Source: Candidatus Multivoradales bacterium
Lineage (GTDB): Bacteria > Acidobacteriota > Thermoanaerobaculia > Multivoradales > JAHEKO01
Direction of reading: 5' to 3'
NCBI GenBank assembly: GCA_965223855.1
Contig: CBDCXM010000009.1
Coordinates: 2,272,001-2,336,000 of the forward strand
Length of the DNA: 64,000 bases
Shown piece after piece: positions 49,849 to 60,689 of the stretch (positions are counted from its first letter, which is position 1; each line of letters opens with the position of its first letter). The notes under the pieces are model-generated. The model saw only the letters and a list, made by a program, of their open reading frames with translations. It ran no database searches and had not been told where the DNA came from. The position numbers were made by a program, and so were the translations under genes.

Positions 49849-50819
49849 TCAGAAAAGCTCCAGCCCCCAAAGGTCGTGCAGGTGAACGACCCCCTCGAGC
49901 ACGCCGCCGGCGTCGCAGACGAAGAGCGAGGTGATGCGATCGTCCTCCATCGCCTTGAGGGCCGCCGAGGCGGGCTTGTCGCCGTCGATCGTGTGCGGGG
50001 TGTCGTGCATGCACTCGCCGGCGCGCCGCTCGAGGAGCGACGGGTCGGCGGAGATCCGCCTCCTCAAGTCGCCGTCGGTGATGCAGCCCACCAGCATCCC
50101 GTCCCCGTCGATCACCGCGGTGATGCCGAGCCGCTTGTTCGACATCTCGTAGATCGCGTCCGGCATCGGCGTCTCCGGATCGACCGCCGGCAGCCGCTCG
50201 CCGCCGTGCATGACGTCGCGCACCGACAGCAGCCGGCGCCCCAGCCGGCCACCGGGATGGAGGCGCTTGAAGTCGTCGCGCGAGAAGCCGCGCACCTCGG
50301 CGAGCGCCATCGCCAGCGCGTCGCCGAGCGCCAGCGTCGCCGTCGTCGAGGCGGTTGGCGCCAGCTCCAGCGGGCACGCCTCCTTGTCGATCGCCGTCGG
50401 CAGGTGGAGGTCGGCGAGCTTCGCGACGGCGCTTTCGGCGTTGCCGGTCATGGCGATCATCGGCACGCCGAGCCGCTCGAGAATCTCTCCCAGCCGCACC
50501 AGCTCCTCGGTCGAGCCGGAGTAGGAGGCGGCGAGCACAATGTCTTCCGGGGTCAGCATGCCGAGGTCGCCGTGGATCGCCTCCGCGGGGTGGAGGAAGA
50601 ACGCCGGCGTGCCGGTGGAGGCGAGAGTCGCCGCGACCTTGCGCAGGACGAGGCCGCTCTTGCCCATGCCGGTGCACACGACCCGCCCTTCGCACGCCGC
50701 CAGCCGCTCGACCGCCCGGTCGAAGCTCTCGCCGAGCTGCTCGATCAGGCCGGCGACCGCCGCCGCCTCGATCTCGAGCACCTGACGGGCGACCTCGCGC
50801 GGCGCCCTCGTTTCCCCGC

Positions 50820-50823
<4 letters not shown>
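49849..50823 (-). CDS. Arabinose-5-phosphate isomerase (KpsF/GutQ family)
   Basis: TGMGKSG, HPAEAIHGDLG, LAPTAST, HPGG.LG and CBS pair; TTG start coupled to the kdsA stop. Confidence 0.93.
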
Positions 50824-53344
<2,521 letters not shown>

Positions 53345-53370
53345 CTAGCTGAGCCGATGCGCGCGCACGT

Positions 53371-54123
53371 TCAACCCGTGCCGCCCGCGAGCAGCTCCCG
53401 GACCGCCTCCAGGTCCGCCATTGTATCGACCCCCGGCCACGCCTTCTCGACCTCGAGGACGCGGATCGGGATGCCGTTCTCGAGCGCCCGCAGTTGCTCG
53501 AGAGACTCCGTTCGTTCCAGCGGTGTCGGCTCGAGAGCCGCCAGCTCGAGGAGCGTCTCGCGCTGGTAGCCGTAGATGCCGATGTGCTTCAAAGGGGCCG
53601 CCCCGTCCAGCCGCGCGAACGGGATCGGCGCACGGCTGAAGTAGAGCGCCGTACCGTCGCGCGCGGTCACCACCTTGACGACGTCGGGGCTCGCGAACTC
53701 CTCCTCGCGCGCCGGGGCGGCCAGCGTCACCATCGGCACCTCCGGGTGCTCCACCAGGTGCTGGGCGAGGCGCGCGATTGCCGCACCGTCGAGGAGCGGC
53801 TCGTCCCCCTGCACGTTGACCACCGCCGCCGCTTCCCACCGGCGCGCCGCCCAGGCGATGCGGTCGGTACCGCTCGCACAGTCCGCGGGCGTCATCTCCA
53901 CGTTGCCGCCGAAGCCGCGCACCGCCGCCTCCACCCGCTCGTCGTCGGTCAGCACCACGGCCGCCAGCCCCGCCTCTTCGGCCCGCCGGTAGACGTGTTC
54001 GATCATCGGCCGGCCGGCGATCTCCAGGAGCACCTTGCCGGGCAGCCGGGTCGAGCCGTAGCGCGCCGGGATGGCGGCGACGACGGCGGATTCTCGCTGG
54101 TGGGGGGGCGGCGCGGGGTGCAC
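53371..54123 (-). CDS. kdsB: 3-deoxy-manno-octulosonate cytidylyltransferase
   Basis: IPARYGSTRLPGK, SGTDR, NVQGDEP and ESLEQLR motifs. Confidence 0.95.
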   Translation of the reverse strand: MHPAPPPHQRESAVVAAIPARYGSTRLPGKVLLEIAGRPMIEHVYRRAEEAGLAAVVLTDDERVEAAVRGFGGNVEMTPADCASGTDRIAWAARRWEAAAVVNVQGDEPLLDGAAIARLAQHLVEHPEVPMVTLAAPAREEEFASPDVVKVVTARDGTALYFSRAPIPFARLDGAAPLKHIGIYGYQRETLLELAALEPTPLERTESLEQLRALENGIPIRVLEVEKAWPGVDTMADLEAVRELLAGGTG

Positions 54124-54222
54124 GATTCAATGTACTCACCCCACTGTGGCGAGTCAACGGGCCGAGACCATGGGCGAGCCCCGTTCGGCCCCGGCGAGCA
54201 GCACGGTACGATCCGCTCTTCC

Positions 54223-55335
54223 ATGAAGTCGCGCCCCTATCTCACGACCCTGGTGCTGCTGGCGATCGCGCTGGTGACGGCGCACTGGATCCTGCGCTCG
54301 CTCGAGATCCGCCCCGGGGTGCACGAGGCGCGCTGGATCTGGGCCGAGCAGCGCGACGAACAGGGGACGCCGATGGCGTTCTTCGCCGTGCGCGACTTCG
54401 ACCTCGACTTCGAGCCGACCGCCGCCACCCTGTGGGTCGCAGCCGACGAGGAGTACCAGGTCGGCCTCAACTCGGACGCCTTCGGCGTCGGCCGCCTCAC
54501 TCACTCGGAGGGTGGTGCGGTGGTGATCGACCACTACCGGGTGGAAGACGTGCTCGAGGTCGGATCGAACCAGCTCGCCATCGAGGCTCGGAGCAGCCGC
54601 GGCGCAGGCGGCCTGATGGCCCATCTCGACGTCGAGGGCGCGAACGGCGAGCGCTGGAGACTGTCGACCGACGAGGCGTGGCGCATCGTCCGGGGTGCGC
54701 CGGCGGAGGGACGATTCCCGCCCGGCGGCGAGGAGCCGGTGGTCTGGGGCCGCGCTCCCAGCGGCCGCTGGGCGAAGCTCGACTCGAGCGGCGACGAGAC
54801 CCTCACCCTCGGCGCGCTCCAGGGCGAGCGGCGAATCCGCCCGCAACTCGCCGAGCGCTGGCGCCGGCCGCGCGAGCCGTGGCAGAAGGCGGAGGGGTAC
54901 CTGGCACCCCGCATCGGCCCGTGGGTCACCTTCGACTTCGGCCGCGAGCGCACCGGCTTCGTCAACCTCAAGTACGACGACGGCCAGTCCTCTGCAGGCA
55001 GGCCGGGAGTGGGATTTCTCTACTACTCGCGGCACGAGCCCAAGGACGGCCTCGAGCACCCGGACGAGGTGATCCTGCGGGTCCGCGGCCGCACCAACTG
55101 GGCGCCGAGCCGGCCGGCGACCTTCCGCTTCGTAACGGCGATCGGTTCCCCGTCGATCGTCGCCGCGGAGATCCTGCCGGTCGACCCCCGAATCGCCGCC
55201 GAGCGACTGCTGCGACCGACGCCCGGAAGCCTCTTCGGCGTCGACCGCAAGAAGACCCTAATGTCGCCGGCTGAGCACGAACTCCGGCGCCAGCTCGAGG
55301 GCTTCCCGGGCCTGGCTGGGCGGAAAGAAGGCTAG
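54223..55335 (+). CDS. Hypothetical membrane-anchored protein with alpha-L-rhamnosidase N-terminal-like beta-sandwich domains
   Basis: ARWIW, F.VRDFDL, ADEEY...LN, G.NQLAIE and FDFGRE..G motifs; no catalytic barrel. Confidence 0.6.
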   Translation: MKSRPYLTTLVLLAIALVTAHWILRSLEIRPGVHEARWIWAEQRDEQGTPMAFFAVRDFDLDFEPTAATLWVAADEEYQVGLNSDAFGVGRLTHSEGGAVVIDHYRVEDVLEVGSNQLAIEARSSRGAGGLMAHLDVEGANGERWRLSTDEAWRIVRGAPAEGRFPPGGEEPVVWGRAPSGRWAKLDSSGDETLTLGALQGERRIRPQLAERWRRPREPWQKAEGYLAPRIGPWVTFDFGRERTGFVNLKYDDGQSSAGRPGVGFLYYSRHEPKDGLEHPDEVILRVRGRTNWAPSRPATFRFVTAIGSPSIVAAEILPVDPRIAAERLLRPTPGSLFGVDRKKTLMSPAEHELRRQLEGFPGLAGRKEG

Positions 55336-56280
55336 CTGCCGCTTCGCCTCCTCGGCATAGCCGAGGGCGAGCTCGCGGGTCTCCTCGAGCGTCCCTTCCG
55401 AGTGGACGATGTCGAGGATGTCCTCCGTCGAGGCGCGGGCGAAGGCGCCGTCCTCGAGCACGTGGGCGATCGCCGCGCGGCGCCGGTCATCGACCCGCGG
55501 CAGCGCCAGCAGGAGCGGCAGCGTCAGCTTGCCCTCCTTCAAGTCGGAGAGCACCGGCTTGCCGAGCTCGCGCTCGCGGGCGGTGAAGTCGAGCAGGTCG
55601 TCCACCAGCTGGAAGCAGATGCCGAGTGCCTTGCCGTACTCCGAGAGCACCTGCGCGGCGTCGGCGCGCTCCGGCGTCATCAGCGCCGGTGAAGACGCGG
55701 CGGCGGCGAAGAGATGCGCGGTCTTCCGCTCGATGATCGAGAAGTACTCCTCGCGGGTGAGATCGATCGCCCCCAGGCGGTCGAGCGCCAGCAGCTCGCC
55801 CTCGGTCATTCGCAACGTCGCGTCGCACAGCCGCTGCACGACCTTGAGATTCCCGTGCGACAGCGCCATCTGCATCGAGGTGGTGTAGAGCCAGTCCCCC
55901 AGCAGCACCGTCTTGCTGTTGCCCCATACCTCGTTCACCGTCGGCTTGGAGCGGCGCAACGGCGCGTGGTCGATGATGTCGTCGTGAATCAGCGTCGCCG
56001 AGTGGATCAGCTCGACCACCGCGGCGTAGGTCACCTCTTCCTCGCTGTCGCGCTCGAGCATCTCCGCCGCCAGCAGCACCAGCGCCGGCCGCATCCGCTT
56101 GCCGCCCCCCTCGAAGATGTAGGCGCCGGCCTCTTCGATGAACGGCACGTCGGAGGCGAGGCTGCGGCGGAACACGTCCTCGGTCTGCGCCAGCTTGTCG
56201 GCGATGAGGGCGAAGTAGCGCGCGCCGGTCGACAGCCGGATCGTCGACCTCAGGGCGGATTTGGAGGCTTCGAGGGTCAC
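55258..56280 (-). CDS. Polyprenyl diphosphate synthase (IspB/HepT family)
   Basis: GGKRMRP, LIHDDIID, KTA and FQLVDDLLD motifs. Confidence 0.94.
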   Translation of the reverse strand: MTLEASKSALRSTIRLSTGARYFALIADKLAQTEDVFRRSLASDVPFIEEAGAYIFEGGGKRMRPALVLLAAEMLERDSEEEVTYAAVVELIHSATLIHDDIIDHAPLRRSKPTVNEVWGNSKTVLLGDWLYTTSMQMALSHGNLKVVQRLCDATLRMTEGELLALDRLGAIDLTREEYFSIIERKTAHLFAAAASSPALMTPERADAAQVLSEYGKALGICFQLVDDLLDFTARERELGKPVLSDLKEGKLTLPLLLALPRVDDRRRAAIAHVLEDGAFARASTEDILDIVHSEGTLEETRELALGYAEEAKRQLAFFPPSQAREALELAPEFVLSRRH

Positions 56281-56287
56281 GGGGGCC

Positions 56288-57058
56288 CTATGGGTCGATC
56301 GGGTCGAACGTCAGCTCTTCGGTCAACTCGCCGTCGAGGAAGCGGTAGGCACGCCCGTCGGCGAAGTACCACCACGTGGTCTCGGTGCCGTAGGGGAGGG
56401 CGAGCGACTCGGTGCGGTCGGGGGAGCCGTGGCGCTCGCGGATCCGGTCCTTGTCGGCACCGCTCTCTCGCGGGGAGGCGCTCCCGGTGGCCGAACTCGG
56501 ACGGCTGTTGGTCGAGGAACCCGAGGGCGCAGTCGAGTAGGTCGGAGGCGAGGAAGCCGGGGGAGAGGCGGACTCGCTCCTCCGACTCGGCGCCGCCGTC
56601 TCCGCCGGATCGTCCCCAAGGACGAAGCTCACGATCACCGGCGATCCGCGCAGGATGCGGCGCGACAAGTCGGCTCTGTCCTCCACGTAGTAGCCGTCCG
56701 CGCCGAAGTCGCCGACCGAGAGCTCGAAGCGGTTGTAGTAGTCGTGCCACGTCCAGGTGATGGCATAGCGCCCGATCTTGTCGGTGATCGCCGTGCGCTG
56801 CTGGAGGCCCTGCTTCGATCGACCCATCTGCCGCGGACTCAGGCTCTTGAGGCTGAAGCCGCGGCGGTAGACCTCGAGCACCACCGTGCGCCCCTTCAGC
56901 GGATTGCCGGCGGCGTCGGTCACCGCGCCGGTGATCTCGATCTCCTGCCCCTCGGCGAACGGTGCACGGGCGGCGGCCGGGCCGGCTATTGCCATGCAAG
57001 CCAGCGCCAGAGCGAGAAGCTTGAGGCAGGGCAGGTTGTGAAGCGGGCGCGGTCTCAT
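56288..57058 (-). CDS. Hypothetical secreted protein with carboxypeptidase-regulatory-like domain
   Basis: Signal peptide, ITGAVTDAAGNPL.G and TD..GRY; C-terminal GSPD...WWY motif. Confidence 0.65.
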   Translation of the reverse strand: MRPRPLHNLPCLKLLALALACMAIAGPAAARAPFAEGQEIEITGAVTDAAGNPLKGRTVVLEVYRRGFSLKSLSPRQMGRSKQGLQQRTAITDKIGRYAITWTWHDYYNRFELSVGDFGADGYYVEDRADLSRRILRGSPVIVSFVLGDDPAETAAPSRRSESASPPASSPPTYSTAPSGSSTNSRPSSATGSASPRESGADKDRIRERHGSPDRTESLALPYGTETTWWYFADGRAYRFLDGELTEELTFDPIDP

Positions 57059-57229
57059 GTCACTCGATCGCCGGCGGCGGCTGGGCACGCCCGCCCCGAC
57101 ACGGCCGCATTATATGGAGTCCGGTCGCCCCGGTCCGGTCGCTGCAATTGTGGAAGCAGCGCTCGCCCGCGGCGGGCAGCCTTGCCGCTAAGTTCGCCCG
57201 CGATCCGCCGAGCGGATGCGGTGCCCCGC

Positions 57230-57886
57230 CTACTCCTCGAACCAGTCGAGCTCGGCAGGCGGCACGAACCGGCTCGAGTCCTCGACTGGCCGATGGCCGC
57301 TGAAGCGGAAGGTCGTCGCGTTGCCCTCGACGTCCGACCACTCGAGCCCGACCAGCCGGCCGCTCGCGACCCCGAAGAGAAGCGTCGCTCCCTCGATGAC
57401 GTCGCCTTCGGTCTGCGGCGTCATGGCGACACGGTGGACGGCCGTGCCGTCGTCGAGTGCCCCCGCCTCGAGCGCCGCGGCGTAGTGCTCGCGCAGCGCC
57501 TCGAGATCGAGCCGCAGAAGATCCAGGTGCCGCCGGTCGCGCTCCGCCACCTCACCGCGCCGCCCCGCCGACTCGCCCTCGTTCCACGAGTAGGCGGCGG
57601 TGCCGACGATCAGGAAGGTGCGCGGGTAGGGCTGCTGGTAGTCCCAGCGCAGCGACCCTGGAAGTGCGATCGCCACCGTCCCGGTCTCGCTGTCACCGCT
57701 CGAGAAGCCCGCCGGCACATAGGTCTGGGTGAAGTCCGCCGTCCACGCCCCCTGCTCGAAGGCGCTGCGGGCCTCCGACAGCACCCCCCAGGCGTCCTGC
57801 GCCACAGCCGGACTAGGAGCTGCCGGAAGGACAGGCAAGGCTGCGGCCAGCAAGAGCGCGCAGTAGACCAACCTCCTGCCCCTCAA
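57230..57886 (-). CDS. Outer-membrane lipoprotein carrier LolA family protein
   Basis: ADFTQ, PGSLRWDY..P, D.EGN.T.F.F and F.PP motifs. Confidence 0.82.
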   Translation of the reverse strand: MRGRRLVYCALLLAAALPVLPAAPSPAVAQDAWGVLSEARSAFEQGAWTADFTQTYVPAGFSSGDSETGTVAIALPGSLRWDYQQPYPRTFLIVGTAAYSWNEGESAGRRGEVAERDRRHLDLLRLDLEALREHYAAALEAGALDDGTAVHRVAMTPQTEGDVIEGATLLFGVASGRLVGLEWSDVEGNATTFRFSGHRPVEDSSRFVPPAELDWFEE

Positions 57887-59433
57887 TGCCGGAAGTGGCG
57901 CGTGCTCGTCATCAGCATCGCCATCCCATGCTCGTCGGCTGCCGCCACGACCTCGTCGTCGCGCTTGCTGCCGCCCGGTTGCACGATCGCCGTCACCCCG
58001 GCCTCCGCCAGCACGTCGACCCCGTCGCGAAACGGAAAGAAGGCGTCGGAGGCGGCGGCCGTACCCTCGGTCGGCAGTTCAGCCTTGGTGATCGCCAGCC
58101 GGCAGGCGTCGACCCGGCTCATCTGCCCGGCGCCGATACCGACCGTCTGGTCCTCGCCGGCGAGCAGGATGGCGTTGGACTTGACGTGGCGCACGGCGTT
58201 CCAGGCGAATTCGAGGGCGTGTTGCTCGGCGTCGGTCGGCTGGCGCTTCGTCGGGCAGCTCCAGGCGCCGACGTCCGCCGGCGTGCCGTCCACCGACTGG
58301 GCCAGAAACCCGCCGTCGATCGAGCGGTATTCCACCGTGCGGCTGGTCGGCGCCCAGGCGGGGGCGGTGACGACACGCAGGTTCTTCTTGGCGCCGAAGC
58401 GCTCCAGCGCCGCCTCGTCGAACTCCGGCGCGATCACCACTTCGACAAAGAGCTCAGCCATCGCCGCCGCCAGCTCCGCGTCGATCGCCTGATTGCAGGC
58501 GACGATCGAGCCGAACGCCGACACCGGGTCGCAGGCCAGAGCCCGCTGGTACGCCTCGGTGGGGGAAGCGCCGCGCCCGACCCCGCACGGGTTGTTGTGC
58601 TTGACGATCGCGATCGCGGGCGCGTCGAAGTGCGCCACCAACCGTCGCGCCGCATCGGCGTCGAGCAGGTTGTTGTAGGAGAGCTCCTTCCCCTGGTGCT
58701 GGACGAACCCACCGAAGACGCCGTCCTCACCCGCCGTGCGATAGAGCGCCGAGCGCTGGTGCGGGTTCTCGCCGTAGCGCGGCTCGAACTCACGCTCCAG
58801 ATCCAGGACGGAATGGCGCAGGAACAGCTCGTCCGCATCCCCGCCGATCTTGCTCTCCAACCAGTGGGCGATCGCCGCGTCGTACGCCTGGGTGTGGCGA
58901 AACGCCTTGATCGCGAGGCTCCGTCGCAGCGCCTGCGGCACCACACCTTCGCCCTCTTCGAGCGCCGCCAGCACCTGCGGATAGTCGTCCGGCTCCACCA
59001 CCACGACCACCCCCTGGTGGTTCTTCGCCGCCCCGCGCACCATCGACGGCCCGCCGATGTCGATCATCTCCACCGTCTCCTCGAACGAAGCGCCGCGCGC
59101 CACCGTCTCGCGGAACGGGTAGAGATTCACCACCACCAGATCGATCGGCGTGATCGCGTGCTCGTTGAGCGAGGTCAGGTGAGCGGCCCGTTCCCGGTCC
59201 GCCAGGATCCCGCCGTGAATCGCCGGGTGGAGCGTCTTCACCCGCCCGTCGAGGATCTCCGGGAACCCGGTGACGTCCGCCACCGGCAGCACCGGCACCC
59301 GCGCCTCGGTCAGCGCCCTCTTCGTCCCCCCGGTCGAGAGGATCTCGATCCCCATCTCCGCGAGCCCCTTGGCGAACTCCACCAGGCCGCGTTTGTCGTA
59401 CACCGAGACCAGCGCTCGTCGGGCTTTCAGCAT
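57883..59433 (-). CDS. purH: Bifunctional AICAR formyltransferase/IMP cyclohydrolase
   Basis: ALVSVYDK, GRVKTLHP, IDIGGP, RYGENPHQ, KHNNPCG and RHFRH motifs. Confidence 0.98.
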   Translation of the reverse strand: MLKARRALVSVYDKRGLVEFAKGLAEMGIEILSTGGTKRALTEARVPVLPVADVTGFPEILDGRVKTLHPAIHGGILADRERAAHLTSLNEHAITPIDLVVVNLYPFRETVARGASFEETVEMIDIGGPSMVRGAAKNHQGVVVVVEPDDYPQVLAALEEGEGVVPQALRRSLAIKAFRHTQAYDAAIAHWLESKIGGDADELFLRHSVLDLEREFEPRYGENPHQRSALYRTAGEDGVFGGFVQHQGKELSYNNLLDADAARRLVAHFDAPAIAIVKHNNPCGVGRGASPTEAYQRALACDPVSAFGSIVACNQAIDAELAAAMAELFVEVVIAPEFDEAALERFGAKKNLRVVTAPAWAPTSRTVEYRSIDGGFLAQSVDGTPADVGAWSCPTKRQPTDAEQHALEFAWNAVRHVKSNAILLAGEDQTVGIGAGQMSRVDACRLAITKAELPTEGTAAASDAFFPFRDGVDVLAEAGVTAIVQPGGSKRDDEVVAAADEHGMAMLMTSTRHFRH

Positions 59434-59478
59434 GGGATCGTCATCTCGTCGTCTTCAGAGTTCGAGGAGGCCGGGCCG

Positions 59479-60210
59479 TCACGGACTCGACGGTGCGGTC
59501 AGTTCCGGGAACTGCCGCAGGTCGCGCCCGCCTGCCCGCAGCCAGATATATCGAAACACCCCGATCGTGTCACTGATCGCATGGCTGTAGGCGAGCGCCG
59601 AGATGCCGAACGCGGTCGAGCGATCGTCGAAGAGCTTCCTCCCATCGCCGTAGTGGATGCGGTCGTACTCCGAAGCCAGCATCGGATAGCTCGACCGCCC
59701 CCGCGAGAAGGCGCGCGACACCAGCGCCGAAAGGTGCTCCGGCCGCTCCACCCGCCGCCCGTCGCCGTACCAGGTCGCGTTGAAGCGGTGCTGCGCGCTC
59801 TCCACGTACTGCGACCAGTTGCGGGCGTAGCGAGCCTCGTTCGGATCCCGATTGCTCACCACTAGCGGGTTGTTCGCCACCGCAACGTAGTGCGACACCT
59901 GCCCGAGCCGCTGCACGATCTCCGCGAACGGCTTGTGCGCCCGGATCGCCTGCACCGCGTTCTCGATCTCCTCGAGCAGCACCTCGTCGAGCGGCCGGCC
60001 GAGCTGCGGGTCCTCGATCGCCGACAGCACCCCTTCTCGGAGCGCCGCCGGGTGCTTCTCGATCTGCCGCGCCAGGTCGCGCGGCGCGTACTCCGCCGCC
60101 CGCTTCGCCATCGTCACCTCCGTGTGTGGCGTCCATGCCGCAAGGAGGCCGACGACGGCCAGCAACGGCCATCGGGGAAGCGAACCGGAGGGGGTGGAGA
60201 AGCGCGACAT
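59479..60210 (-). CDS. Hypothetical secreted protein, degenerate phospholipase C/P1 nuclease-like helical fold
   Basis: Signal peptide followed by AW (mature N-terminal Trp) and RLGQVSHYVA..NNPL. Confidence 0.55.
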   Translation of the reverse strand: MSRFSTPSGSLPRWPLLAVVGLLAAWTPHTEVTMAKRAAEYAPRDLARQIEKHPAALREGVLSAIEDPQLGRPLDEVLLEEIENAVQAIRAHKPFAEIVQRLGQVSHYVAVANNPLVVSNRDPNEARYARNWSQYVESAQHRFNATWYGDGRRVERPEHLSALVSRAFSRGRSSYPMLASEYDRIHYGDGRKLFDDRSTAFGISALAYSHAISDTIGVFRYIWLRAGGRDLRQFPELTAPSSP

Positions 60211-60232
60211 CGGCGGTATCTTAGGCGAAGCG

Positions 60233-60496
60233 ATGGCGACCACGATCCAGCCGGCGAAGAGCCTCGACGTCCGCGGCCTCCTGTGCCCGATCCCGGTCAC
60301 GAAGGCGCGCCAGGCCGTGCTCGAGATCCCGGTCGGTGAGCTGCTCGAAGTCGTCGGCGACGACCCCTTCATGACCCTCGACTTCCCGGCCTGGTGCGAC
60401 CTCTGCGAGCACGAGCTGGTGGAGTGTGAGCGGGAAGGCGACGAGGTGCGCTGCCTGGTGCGGCGAGGGGAGCCGGTGGGCCCCGATCCTGCTTGA
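60233..60496 (+). CDS. TusA/SirA family sulfur carrier protein
   Basis: LDVRGLLCPIPV (CPxP), GELLEV..DDP and DFPAWC motifs. Confidence 0.9.
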   Translation: MATTIQPAKSLDVRGLLCPIPVTKARQAVLEIPVGELLEVVGDDPFMTLDFPAWCDLCEHELVECEREGDEVRCLVRRGEPVGPDPA

Positions 60497-60549
60497 CGGT
60501 CCCTGGCCGGACTGCTAGAAACTGCGCTCCGGGCTTTCCACCCGGTCGT

Positions 60550-60625
60550 GCCCAGGTAGCTCAGTTGGTAGAGCACCTGACTGAAAATCAGGGTGTCGGT
60601 GGTTCGATTCCGCCCCTGGGCACCA
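60550..60625 (+). tRNA. tRNA-Phe(GAA)
   Basis: GCCCAGG/CCTGGGC acceptor stem, CCTGA-CTGAAAA-TCAGG anticodon arm, CCA end. Confidence 0.96.
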
Positions 60626-60642
60626 TTAGAATTAACAAGTTA

Positions 60643-60671
60643 CGGCCCGCCGCTTGGCGGGCCGATTTCTT
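60643..60671 (+). terminator. Terminator hairpin after tRNA-Phe
   Basis: CGGCCCGCC-GCTT-GGCGGGCCG followed by ATTTCTT. Confidence 0.65.
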
Positions 60672-60689
60672 CTAGCAATCACATAGCAA

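Noticed and set aside
49829-49854. 12-bp direct repeat GCCCCATCAGAA duplicating the kpsF-family stop region
   Set aside because: Most simply a short slippage duplication; no element lies between the copies.
60493-60521. Sigma70 promoter for tRNA-Phe (TTGACG-N17-TAGAAA)
   Set aside because: Plausible, but the -10 element lacks the conserved final T; ordinary and too weak to list as a feature.
59479-60576. 365-aa ORF extending across tusA into tRNA-Phe
   Set aside because: The upstream part is antisense to tusA and the tRNA; the plausible gene starts at 60210.
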